NCBI RefSeq assembly: GCF_001677475.2
Contig: NZ_CP015229.1
Source of the DNA: Escherichia coli
Lineage (GTDB): Bacteria; Pseudomonadota; Gammaproteobacteria; Enterobacterales; Enterobacteriaceae
Length of the DNA: 64,000 nt
Direction: 5' to 3' (one strand)
Shown here: in pieces, positions 19,185 to 28,013 of the stretch
Layout: each line of letters opens with the position of its first letter
Position numbering within the stretch: the stretch's first letter is position 1
Translations under genes and position numbers: made by a program
Notes under the pieces: model-generated
The model's input: only the letters and a program-made list of their open reading frames with translations
What the model was told of the DNA's origin: nothing
Databases searched by the model: none

Positions 19185-19580
19185 ATGGCCGCGATGGAAT
19201 TTGAACTGAAACACGGGCTTCTGACCGGCAAAGGCACGGCAGATGAAACCCTGCATAAAACCGTGAAGCTGCGCGAACTGACTGCCAGTGATGTGATTGA
19301 TGCGCAACTGGCCGCAGAACGCGTCGTCATGGGCGGGAACGGAAAGGCGGTGGCCTACTGCTCTGAAGTGCTGATGGGGCTGGAGATGATGCGCCGTCAG
19401 GTTGCGGCCATCGGCAGTATTCCCGGCCCGCTGGACATGAAACAGTTGCGAATGCTCCACCCCGCAGACCTTGAGCTTATCAGCACGAAAGCTGCTGCGC
19501 TGGATGACATGCTTGAGGAGGTGGCAACGCGGGGGCGAACTGATGCCGCTGGCGGCGGCACTGATGAACCTGCTGGTTAA
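19185..19580 (+). CDS. tail assembly chaperone (Mu gp41-like)
   Basis: 131 aa between tube and tape measure. Confidence 0.7.
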   Translation: MAAMEFELKHGLLTGKGTADETLHKTVKLRELTASDVIDAQLAAERVVMGGNGKAVAYCSEVLMGLEMMRRQVAAIGSIPGPLDMKQLRMLHPADLELISTKAAALDDMLEEVATRGRTDAAGGGTDEPAG

Positions 19581-19680
19581 CCTGTCTTCGAGATTCAGCA
19601 TTCAGTACCTGGAACAGCTGCCCCTGCGGCAGCTGTTCCGCCTGATAAAGCAACTGGAGAAACAGCATGGCAACAGGTAA
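19471..19680 (+). CDS. overlapping +1/-2 frame ORF, probable frameshift extension of the tail chaperone
   Basis: No convincing own start; protein-like only after the G-run at 19530-19538 (GELMPLAAALMNLL...); ends at the tape-measure start. Confidence 0.5.
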   Translation: MSLSARKLLRWMTCLRRWQRGGELMPLAAALMNLLVNLSSRFSIQYLEQLPLRQLFRLIKQLEKQHGNR

Positions 19681-21514
19681 CCGTCTCAGCACGGAAATCA
19701 TGATCAACCTTGCCGGGAACCTGACCGCCAAAGCCCGGCAGTACGGCGCAAATATGTCGCAGTTCGCCCGGAACCATCAGAAGGCTATGAGCCTTGTCAA
19801 AGCCACAACGGAGGCCGCAGGACGCGGCCTTGATACGCTTGGTAACCGCTACACGGCAATGATAGCCGGGCTTGGCAGTAGTCTTACCATCAAACAGGTT
19901 GCCGATTTTGATGCGCAGATGCGCCGGATGGGTACGGATGCCCAGTTAACCACTGAACAGGTAAAGACGCTTCACGACAAAATCAGGGATGTATCGAACC
20001 AGAAAGATATTCGTATTGATGCTTCTGCGCTTGGTCAGGGGGCCAGCGAACTTCTGGGGAAAACCGGTGATTATCAGTATGTGGTGGACAACCTCCGCAA
20101 CATGGGGTTGATGATGCAGGCGTTCGGTGTTGACGGACAGGTTGCAGCCGGGCTGATGGCCCAGTTCTGGGAAAAAAACGTCCGGGGTGCTGAGGCGGTC
20201 AATAACATGATGGACAGGCTGTATTCGCAGTTCGCAGTGGGGTCTGTTAGCGTTGCCGATGTTGCCCGCGCTGCCCCGAAACTGTTTTCCATCATTCAGG
20301 ATCAGGGACCGGAAGCCATTGCCCAGATGGGGGCATTTGCTCAGGTGTTCGCCAAAAACAAAGGCAGCATTGATGAGACGGTAACCAGTATTCAGGCCAT
20401 GTATGCTTCCCTGTCGGACAAAAAGAACATCGAGTTCCTGAAAAAAAACGGCATTGACGTTTTTGTCAAAGGCACAAAAGACATCAAAAAGCCCTATGAG
20501 CTGATGATGGAAATCCTTAAACGGGCCAAATACGATCCGCTGAAACTTCAGGATGTGTTTGATCTGACCGGAATGCAGGGGATTAAGGCGCTGCTTAACC
20601 CTGAAAACCGGCAACTGATGGAACAAATGATTTACGGCACGATTGAGCTGGGTTCCACGCAAAAGGCCGCACAGACCAATGCCGAAGGCTTTAATGCCGC
20701 AATACAGTCACTGAATAACGAATGGCAACGTTTTGCTGAAGGACAACTGGCAAAACCCGTTCAGGAGCTGGCGGATGCGCTCAACAGCGTGGACCAGCAT
20801 ACCGTCCAGAACTGGTTGCAGGTCGGTAAATATATGGCGATTGCTGTGGGCGGCATTATCGCCATCAGAAAAACGTACCAGTTAGGTAAAACCCTCCACG
20901 ACATCATGAATCCCAAAGGGAAAGGCAAAGGAATACCCGGTGCCATTACTGACGTTTTTGGTTCCGGCGTGATACCTGTTTATGTGGTCAATATGGGCAG
21001 CTTTGGTCCGGGTAAGGACGGTGGTCTGCCGGATCTCCCTGACCTCCCGGAGTTACCGGAAAACTCCGGCGGTTCAGGTAACGGTCGGGGACGTTTTATA
21101 GGGAAAATCCTCGGTCCTGTGCTGGGGGCAATGGCTGTAAAAGAGCGTCTGGAAACACTATACGCCCTGCCGGATGAAACAGACTCACTCACGAAATCTG
21201 TGGCTGCTGACCCCAGCGCCAGCCCGTGGGAGCGCGAGTTCGCGCAACAAAGTCAGGACAACCAGAAAGCGCTCGAGTCCGTCTGGCGTAAGGTAACGGA
21301 CTGGTTCAGTTCGCTGGGTGACAAGAACATTGCTGACCCGCGACCGTGGGCAGGTATGCAGGGCACACAGAATTATCCTTTCCTTCCGCAGCAGTTGCAG
21401 GGGGAAATCCGTGTGGTGGTGGAAGGTGACGCCCGCGTGAAAAGTGTCAGAGTGGATCAACCCGGCGTCAGACTCAGTGCGCAGGCTGGCGTCACCAGCG
21501 TGGAGCAAGGGTAA
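19667..21514 (+). CDS. tail tape measure protein (Mu Y, gp42-like)
   Basis: 615 aa, helical, hydrophobic central segment, after chaperone pair. Confidence 0.85.
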   Translation: MATGNRLSTEIMINLAGNLTAKARQYGANMSQFARNHQKAMSLVKATTEAAGRGLDTLGNRYTAMIAGLGSSLTIKQVADFDAQMRRMGTDAQLTTEQVKTLHDKIRDVSNQKDIRIDASALGQGASELLGKTGDYQYVVDNLRNMGLMMQAFGVDGQVAAGLMAQFWEKNVRGAEAVNNMMDRLYSQFAVGSVSVADVARAAPKLFSIIQDQGPEAIAQMGAFAQVFAKNKGSIDETVTSIQAMYASLSDKKNIEFLKKNGIDVFVKGTKDIKKPYELMMEILKRAKYDPLKLQDVFDLTGMQGIKALLNPENRQLMEQMIYGTIELGSTQKAAQTNAEGFNAAIQSLNNEWQRFAEGQLAKPVQELADALNSVDQHTVQNWLQVGKYMAIAVGGIIAIRKTYQLGKTLHDIMNPKGKGKGIPGAITDVFGSGVIPVYVVNMGSFGPGKDGGLPDLPDLPELPENSGGSGNGRGRFIGKILGPVLGAMAVKERLETLYALPDETDSLTKSVAADPSASPWEREFAQQSQDNQKALESVWRKVTDWFSSLGDKNIADPRPWAGMQGTQNYPFLPQQLQGEIRVVVEGDARVKSVRVDQPGVRLSAQAGVTSVEQG

Positions 21515-22788
21515 TGACAACAAGCAACGGCAAATGGGACGGGCTGCGCGACGCTTCGTTTCGTGGCGTCCCCTTCTTTCTGGTGGATACGGAAGGCACC
21601 GGTGGCCGTCGTGCCATTCCCCGTGCGTATCCCCGGCGTGAAACCGCCTGGACGGATGATAACGGGGCCGTTCCGGGGCAACAGCAGATTAACGCAAAGC
21701 TGTTGGGTAAAAACTTCCAGGATGATTTAAACGCCCTTTTAGATGCACTCAATACCCCCGGCCCCGGTGAGCTTATCCACCCGTGGTTCGGAATACAGAC
21801 CGTACAGGTTGGCAAGGTCACCCATCGCCTCAGCACGGAGGAAGATGGCATTGCATATGTCACCTTTGAAGTGTTTGAGGCAGGCGAGCGCCTGTTCCCG
21901 TCTGCGGCGGATAACACGCAGCAGGAGGTGCTGACGGGTATTGATGCGGTAAAAGCGGCTATTGATGCTGGCGACTGGTTCGGTGTACCTGACGGGCTGG
22001 GTGACATGGCCGACAGCTTTCTGGCCGATATGGAAAACCTTGTGGCTAACCTGCCCACGTTACCGGCAGCACTGAATCAGTGGATGGACAGGCTGAACCA
22101 TTTTAAGGAGATGGCCGGAACCATCATTGCCACGCCGGGGCGTCTGGTCAGTGAGCTGTCCTCGTTCATTAACGGCGTGGTTGATCTGGTGACGGAAGCA
22201 CCCGAAGCACTGGCGGTTTACACGACATTACGCAACCAGTGGGCCGGAGAACGCTCCCGACAGGTTGCCACCGGCGCACTGCCGGAAGATATCACAGTGA
22301 AGCCAGGCAGCGTGGCAGACGGCGAACCTGGCTTTGCTATCGGGCTGTCACCGGATTATCAGCCTGTATCTGACAGCCTGCAAAAGAACATTGACGACTT
22401 CCGCCTGGTGGTTGTGCTGGAAACTCTGCTGGGACAGGCAAATGCCGTGGCCTCGATGACGTTCGATACCAGTGATGCGGCATTATCTGCCGGTGACGTG
22501 CTGGCGGCTGAACTGCATGAGCAGGCGGTGGCAGCAGTGGAAAATAACCAGCGGGCATTGTGGCGAACGCTGCGCGATTTACGGCAGGCCGTGATTACGG
22601 ATGCCCGCGAGCGTGCCGCCCGTCTGCCGGAAACCCGGCAGGTGACGCTGACCACAACCACATCTGCCGCATTGCTGGCATGGCGCGAGCATGGGGATAC
22701 AAGCCGACGGGATGAAATCGTGCAGCGTAACCGCCTGCGCCATCCATCATTCATTCTGCCGACGCAACCTGTGGAGATCACCGACTGA
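21514..22788 (+). CDS. DNA circularization protein N (gp43-like)
   Basis: 424 aa; N-terminus NGKWDGLRDASFRGVPFFL typical of Mu N family. Confidence 0.75.
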   Translation: MTTSNGKWDGLRDASFRGVPFFLVDTEGTGGRRAIPRAYPRRETAWTDDNGAVPGQQQINAKLLGKNFQDDLNALLDALNTPGPGELIHPWFGIQTVQVGKVTHRLSTEEDGIAYVTFEVFEAGERLFPSAADNTQQEVLTGIDAVKAAIDAGDWFGVPDGLGDMADSFLADMENLVANLPTLPAALNQWMDRLNHFKEMAGTIIATPGRLVSELSSFINGVVDLVTEAPEALAVYTTLRNQWAGERSRQVATGALPEDITVKPGSVADGEPGFAIGLSPDYQPVSDSLQKNIDDFRLVVVLETLLGQANAVASMTFDTSDAALSAGDVLAAELHEQAVAAVENNQRALWRTLRDLRQAVITDARERAARLPETRQVTLTTTTSAALLAWREHGDTSRRDEIVQRNRLRHPSFILPTQPVEITD

Positions 22789-23858
22789 TGGGATCCGTGA
22801 TTCTTACCGTTGACGGTAAACTGTGGGAAGGCTGGACGGAAATGTCCGTCAGCCGTTCCCTGAAGGCGATTGCCGGTGAGTTTGATCTCAGTGTGACAAC
22901 ACGCTGGTCAGCGGCGGCACCGCGCGTGATTCGTGAGGGGCAACCCTGTACGGTCAGGCTGGGTGCGGATACCGTGCTGACGGGGTATATCGATGATTTT
23001 ATTCCCAGCTATGACGCGGACAATGTGGAAATTCGTGTCATGGGGCGCGACAAAACCGGCGACCTGGTGGACTGCTCTGTGGTGCATTCGTCCGGGAAAT
23101 GGAAAGGCGTGCGGCTTGAACAGGTGGCGGCGGATGTCTGCCGCCCGTTCGGAATAACCGTCATCACGGAAACCCCGACCGGGGAGGCGTTTGCGTCCGT
23201 TGTTCTGGAACAGGGTGAAACGGGTTTTGAACTGCTCGACCGGCTGGCAAAACAGCGCGGTGTTCTGCTGACGTCTGACGGAGCGGGTAACCTGATTATC
23301 ACCCGCGCTTCTTCCGTTCGCGCGGGCGTGTCACTGGTGCTGGGAAAAAATATCCTCGCCGCCCGTGGGCGCTTCAGCTGGCGGGAGCGTAACAGTCAGT
23401 ACATCATCAAGGGCACCACCAGTGCCGGTGGCAAACTGTGGGACAGCCAGCCTGCCCCGATGGTGGGCGGTCGCCAGTACATCACCGAAGACCCGGAAAT
23501 TAACCGTTACCGCCCGCGCATTCTGGTCAATGAAGACAGTCTGACCGTGGGCGGTGCCAGCATTCGCGGGGAATGGTACAAAGCCCGGATGCTGGGAGAG
23601 GCCCGCACGACGGAAATCACGGTGGCAGGCTGGCGCGAACAGGGCGACAGCGGTCCGCTGTGGCAGACCAACCGCCTTGTCGATATCGACGACAGCATTC
23701 AGAACCTGAAAACCACCTGGCTGATATCCGGGGTGACCTGGACGGATGGTGCACAGGGGCGGATGACGGTTCTGGCGCTGGTTCCGCCTGAATCACTGGA
23801 TATGCCGGAAATGAAAGCGAAGACGAAGAAAACAAAGGCGGTGGCCACATGGGATTAA
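22788..23858 (+). CDS. baseplate hub/tail protein P (gp44-like, phage late control D family)
   Basis: 356 aa, position after N. Confidence 0.7.
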   Translation: MGSVILTVDGKLWEGWTEMSVSRSLKAIAGEFDLSVTTRWSAAAPRVIREGQPCTVRLGADTVLTGYIDDFIPSYDADNVEIRVMGRDKTGDLVDCSVVHSSGKWKGVRLEQVAADVCRPFGITVITETPTGEAFASVVLEQGETGFELLDRLAKQRGVLLTSDGAGNLIITRASSVRAGVSLVLGKNILAARGRFSWRERNSQYIIKGTTSAGGKLWDSQPAPMVGGRQYITEDPEINRYRPRILVNEDSLTVGGASIRGEWYKARMLGEARTTEITVAGWREQGDSGPLWQTNRLVDIDDSIQNLKTTWLISGVTWTDGAQGRMTVLALVPPESLDMPEMKAKTKKTKAVATWD

Positions 23859-24385
23859 ACGCCATTGCCCGCCGTCTGCGACTGATGGTTGACCGTGCCA
23901 TTGTCCGCATGGTGTCTGACAGTCTGGAGCGGCAGAACCTGCAAATCCAGACGCTGGCAGATGCCACCGACGACGACGTGGAACGCTTCCAGAACTACGG
24001 TTTTACATCCGTGCCGCCGGAAGGTTCTGAAGCCATAGTGCTGGCCGTTAGCGGGCGGCGTGACGGGCTGGTTGCCATCGCGGTGGAGGACAAGCGATGT
24101 CGCCCGAAAGGGCTGTCCCCCGGCGACGTCCGGCTGTATCACCAGGACGGCAAATCACATATCACGTTAAGGAAAGGCGGAATTATTGAAATCACAGGGG
24201 AACAATTAAACGTTTCAGGGAAAACGGTAAATCTCACCGCCGACGAATTACTGGCTATAAATGCAGGAAATATGAAATTCGTCGGTCCCTGTGAGTTTAC
24301 TGAAGATGTCAGAATCAACGGCAAATCTTTCAGCGAACACATTCATAAGGACGGCGACAATGAGAATACATCACCGCCCGTATGA
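23849..24385 (+). CDS. baseplate assembly protein V / spike (gp45-like)
   Basis: 178 aa, OB-fold-like N-terminus (LQIQTLADATDDDVERFQNYGFTS). Confidence 0.7.
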   Translation: MGLNAIARRLRLMVDRAIVRMVSDSLERQNLQIQTLADATDDDVERFQNYGFTSVPPEGSEAIVLAVSGRRDGLVAIAVEDKRCRPKGLSPGDVRLYHQDGKSHITLRKGGIIEITGEQLNVSGKTVNLTADELLAINAGNMKFVGPCEFTEDVRINGKSFSEHIHKDGDNENTSPPV

Positions 24386-24834
24386 CGACAGGAATCCGCT
24401 GGAATAACATGCTCTCACGGGGTGACATCACCGTCACCCATAACGGCCTCTCACTGGATGAGGGGCTGGTCACTCAGGTTCTTATCTGCCTTTTCACCGA
24501 TGCCCGTGCTGATGACGATGATGTCATTCCTGATGGTTCCGGCGACCCGCGCGGATGGCCGGGCGACACGTACAGCGATTTTTCGTGGGGTTCCCGCCTG
24601 TGGCTGCTTGAGCGCGAAAAACTGACGGAAGATGTCCGCCTGCGCGTGGAAGACTACGCGCGGTTGTCCATGCAACCGCTGCTGCGGGCCGGTTACGCCC
24701 GTAACGCCACCGTCACGGCCAGAATCATCGTCCCTGACCGTATTGCCTTTCAGGTGGTGTTAACCCGCCCGGACAAAACCACGCTCACAATTGAAATCAC
24801 CCGCCGATGGGAGGCCACCATTAATGCCGTATGA
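24382..24834 (+). CDS. baseplate protein gp46-like
   Basis: 150 aa; LFTDARADDDD...GDPRGWWGD-like motif of the GP46 family. Confidence 0.7.
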   Translation: MTTGIRWNNMLSRGDITVTHNGLSLDEGLVTQVLICLFTDARADDDDVIPDGSGDPRGWPGDTYSDFSWGSRLWLLEREKLTEDVRLRVEDYARLSMQPLLRAGYARNATVTARIIVPDRIAFQVVLTRPDKTTLTIEITRRWEATINAV

Positions 24835-25900
24835 AATCCCCACGCTGGGCAAACTGATTGCCGACGGCGAAAAAGATATTGCGTATGAACTCGGCCTGCA
24901 AAAGCTGCCGCCTGTCAGTGTTGAGCAGGCACTGAACGTGTCATTCAGCAGTCAGGTCCGGGATTTATACGACCATCAGAGCTGGATTAAGGACCAGATA
25001 ATTCCGTCCACCGCGTCTGATGATGAAACCATTATCAAAACAGCAACGTATGAAGGGGTTATCCGCAAGCAGGCCACCTTTGCCAGCGGGCCGGTGACCT
25101 TCACCAGTCAGTCCCCCATTCCGGCAGAAACCCGGATGCAGTACGACACGAATCAGGTGTATCAGGTACTCACATCCGGCGAGGTACAGAACGGCGAGGT
25201 CACTGTCATCGTGCAGGCTGAAGAAGCCGGTGTTGCGGGCAATCTTGCTGCCGGTGCCGTGCTGACCCTGCTGTCCCCGTTGCCCGGAACGGGCAGCACA
25301 GGCGCGGTGACTGAAAGTGGCATCACCGGTGGCGCAGATATCGAATCCATCGCAGAGCTGCTGGACCGTCTGCTGTATGTGCGCCGTAATCCCCCGGTAG
25401 GTGGTGCGCTGCATGACTACGTGATATGGGCGCGTGAAGTGCCGGGCGTCAGCCGTGCGTGGGCGTGGGATGCGTGGCACGGCCCCGGCACGGTCGGGCT
25501 GGCATGGCTTTATGATGACCGTGAAGACATTATCCCCACACGGGACGACCTGAAGACCATGGAGCAGTATCTGTTCTGCCACAAACACCCGGCCACCGGC
25601 GTGATGGTGGGCAAACCGGGCGGCATCGAGGTCTGGCCGGTACAGGTCAGGCTGAAGAAAATCGACCTGTCCATCCGTCTGACACCGGACAGCCAGGCGA
25701 ACAGGAACGCCGTCCGGGCAAACCTGACCGCATTACAGAAAACGCTGGCCCCCGGTCAGATGCTGCCGGTGTCCTCGCTGCGCACGGCCATCGGTATGAC
25801 GTCCGGTATCACGGATTACTTTCTTAACATCGGGGAAGACACCACCAGTGATGTGGATGAGCTTATCACCATCGGGGAGGTGACATGGCTCACAGCGTGA
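24824..25900 (+). CDS. baseplate J-like protein (gp47-like)
   Basis: ATG at 24824 overlapping the previous stop; 358 aa. Confidence 0.75.
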   Translation: MPYEIPTLGKLIADGEKDIAYELGLQKLPPVSVEQALNVSFSSQVRDLYDHQSWIKDQIIPSTASDDETIIKTATYEGVIRKQATFASGPVTFTSQSPIPAETRMQYDTNQVYQVLTSGEVQNGEVTVIVQAEEAGVAGNLAAGAVLTLLSPLPGTGSTGAVTESGITGGADIESIAELLDRLLYVRRNPPVGGALHDYVIWAREVPGVSRAWAWDAWHGPGTVGLAWLYDDREDIIPTRDDLKTMEQYLFCHKHPATGVMVGKPGGIEVWPVQVRLKKIDLSIRLTPDSQANRNAVRANLTALQKTLAPGQMLPVSSLRTAIGMTSGITDYFLNIGEDTTSDVDELITIGEVTWLTA

Positions 25901-26469
25901 CGGAATGGCTGACCGCACTGCAACAGGTCATGCCACGGGGTAAGGCATGGCCTCGTGATAACGACGCGGATTTAAACCGCTTTTTAAGGGCACTGGCAGA
26001 GCGTTTAACCCGCGTTGAATACGATGCCTCGCGCCTGCATGTGGAGATGCGACCGGAAACCACGCTCCAGCTGCTGCCGGAGTGGGAGCAATATCTGGCG
26101 CTGCCGGAATGCGGAATTGCCGCCACCACAACGGAAGCCCGCCGCCGGGCCGTTGTGGAGAAATACCGCCGCAAAGGCGGGCTGGCAACCTGGCAGATTG
26201 AAGCCGCTGCGGCGGCGCTGGGCTTCACCATTAAGGTGACGGCCGTTCTGCCGCACCACTGCCTGCGTGACTGCATGTACCCGCTGCATCCGGCACGGTA
26301 TCGCTGGCTGCTGAAAGTGGAAGTCCCGGACAACGATGCCGGGCGGTTTACCTGTATTGATGACGTCATGACGCCATTAATCAGCGAACGTACCCGCGAG
26401 CTGGAATGCCTGCTGAAGCATTACCGGCTGGCGGGTACGGAATATGAATATTATTACACCGGAGAATAA
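25885..26469 (+). CDS. tail protein gp48-like (DUF2313)
   Basis: 194 aa; LLP.G.AWPR....L...L...A.E motif. Confidence 0.7.
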   Translation: MAHSVTEWLTALQQVMPRGKAWPRDNDADLNRFLRALAERLTRVEYDASRLHVEMRPETTLQLLPEWEQYLALPECGIAATTTEARRRAVVEKYRRKGGLATWQIEAAAAALGFTIKVTAVLPHHCLRDCMYPLHPARYRWLLKVEVPDNDAGRFTCIDDVMTPLISERTRELECLLKHYRLAGTEYEYYYTGE

Positions 26470-26472
26470 TTT

Positions 26473-27468
26473 ATGTTTCACGTGGACAATAATACGGGTG
26501 TGCCTGTTATGCCGCCTGTTGCGGCTGAATTAAGCAAAACAACGCTTTATTTCACCGAAGGCGGGAACGGTATTCCACCCACTTATCCAGGACCAGACTG
26601 GTTTAATATTATTCAGTCTGAATTACTGAAAATTCTCGAAGAAGCCGGAATAACGCCGGATAAAGCAGATACCGGTCAGATAATGGCAGCCCTGAAAAAA
26701 CAGTTTATTACGAACAGTGGTTCAGCCGGAGCTATTGCCGGATTAACCGGTGAGAATAATACGTTCCCGTATTTTACCGGCGAAGACACAATGGCATTAA
26801 CGCCGCTCAGTGCGTTTGTGCGCAGTATTCTTGGAAAAAACAGCGGCAGTGAGTTTATTAAAGCAATTGGCCTGTCACCGGACACCCTTTTATCATCAGG
26901 GCGAATAACAGCATTAAGCGGTGGCTCACAGGGAGCAACCGGACTTCAGATGTACGAAGCGTATAACAACGGCTATCCCATTCCATACGGCAATGTGCTG
27001 CATCTGAAGGGGGGGACAGCGTCAGGTGAAGGCGAATTACTGATTGGCTGGAGTGGCACAAGTGGTGCACATGCCCCGGTTTACATCCGCTCAAGACGAG
27101 ACAATGACGAGGCGGAATGGTCTGAATGGGCACAGGTTTTTACCTCAAAAGACAGTTTCAACGCAGCAACTGCTACAAAACTCCAGACAGCCCGCAAGAT
27201 TAATAATGTGGCATTTGATGGCACCAGCGATATCACCATCAGCAGTACCGATTCTGGTGCTGTGCGTGATTTCAGATACACCAGCGAAGTGTTTCACAAT
27301 CCCGGAGGTAACGAAATCACCTGGACGTTTCGCGCGCCCTCAGGTTGCGTTTTGTCAGGTATTTACGTTCAGGAAACGGGAAGAAGTTCTTCGGATAACA
27401 TCGGCGGCGTGTATTACAAACAAACTCAGGTTTATATCAATGGCTCATGGCGCACCGTATCCGGTTAA
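26473..27468 (+). CDS. tail fibre protein (short, S-like)
   Basis: 331 aa; conserved fibre N-terminus (TEGGNGIPPTYPGPDWFNIIQSEL) and fibre repeat KLQTARKINNVAFDGTSDITI. Confidence 0.8.
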   Translation: MFHVDNNTGVPVMPPVAAELSKTTLYFTEGGNGIPPTYPGPDWFNIIQSELLKILEEAGITPDKADTGQIMAALKKQFITNSGSAGAIAGLTGENNTFPYFTGEDTMALTPLSAFVRSILGKNSGSEFIKAIGLSPDTLLSSGRITALSGGSQGATGLQMYEAYNNGYPIPYGNVLHLKGGTASGEGELLIGWSGTSGAHAPVYIRSRRDNDEAEWSEWAQVFTSKDSFNAATATKLQTARKINNVAFDGTSDITISSTDSGAVRDFRYTSEVFHNPGGNEITWTFRAPSGCVLSGIYVQETGRSSSDNIGGVYYKQTQVYINGSWRTVSG

Positions 27469-27482
27469 TTAAGGAGAAAATA

Positions 27483-28013
27483 ATGGAACTCAGAAACGTC
27501 ACGCGTTATTACCCGGAAGAAATGCCTTATGGTGAAAACATTCAGTATTTCCGCAGTGAAGACGGACAGGATTTTTATGAATCACTGGATAAATTCACGA
27601 AGAAATACAAATTGTGTATTCACCCTGACACAGGCGTGATTTTTTCGATGGCGGAAGATGTGTCCCGTCTTTATCCGGCTGGTTTCACTATTGTGGAAGT
27701 GGACGAACTGCCGGAGGGTTTTGGCATTGAAGCCTGCTGGTATTACCTGGATGGCGAAGTGCTGCCGGTTCCGGTTGATTATTCGCAACTGGCAGAAAAG
27801 CAACGCCAGCGTCTTCTGGCTGAAGCCAGGGACATCACCTCCGACTGGCGAACCGAGCTGGATCTGGGCACCATCAGCGACGATGACAAAGCCCGTCTTA
27901 CGCAGTGGATGGCATATATCAAAGCGGTGAAGGCGCTGGATTTAAGCACCGTTACTGATGAAGCCTCCTTTAATGCCATCAACTGGCCGGAGCGTCCCGA
28001 TGCCGCAGCTTAA
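27483..28013 (+). CDS. tail fibre assembly chaperone (U-like)
   Basis: ATG at 27483 after AAGGAG; 176 aa directly after the fibre gene. Confidence 0.7.
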   Translation: MELRNVTRYYPEEMPYGENIQYFRSEDGQDFYESLDKFTKKYKLCIHPDTGVIFSMAEDVSRLYPAGFTIVEVDELPEGFGIEACWYYLDGEVLPVPVDYSQLAEKQRQRLLAEARDITSDWRTELDLGTISDDDKARLTQWMAYIKAVKALDLSTVTDEASFNAINWPERPDAAA

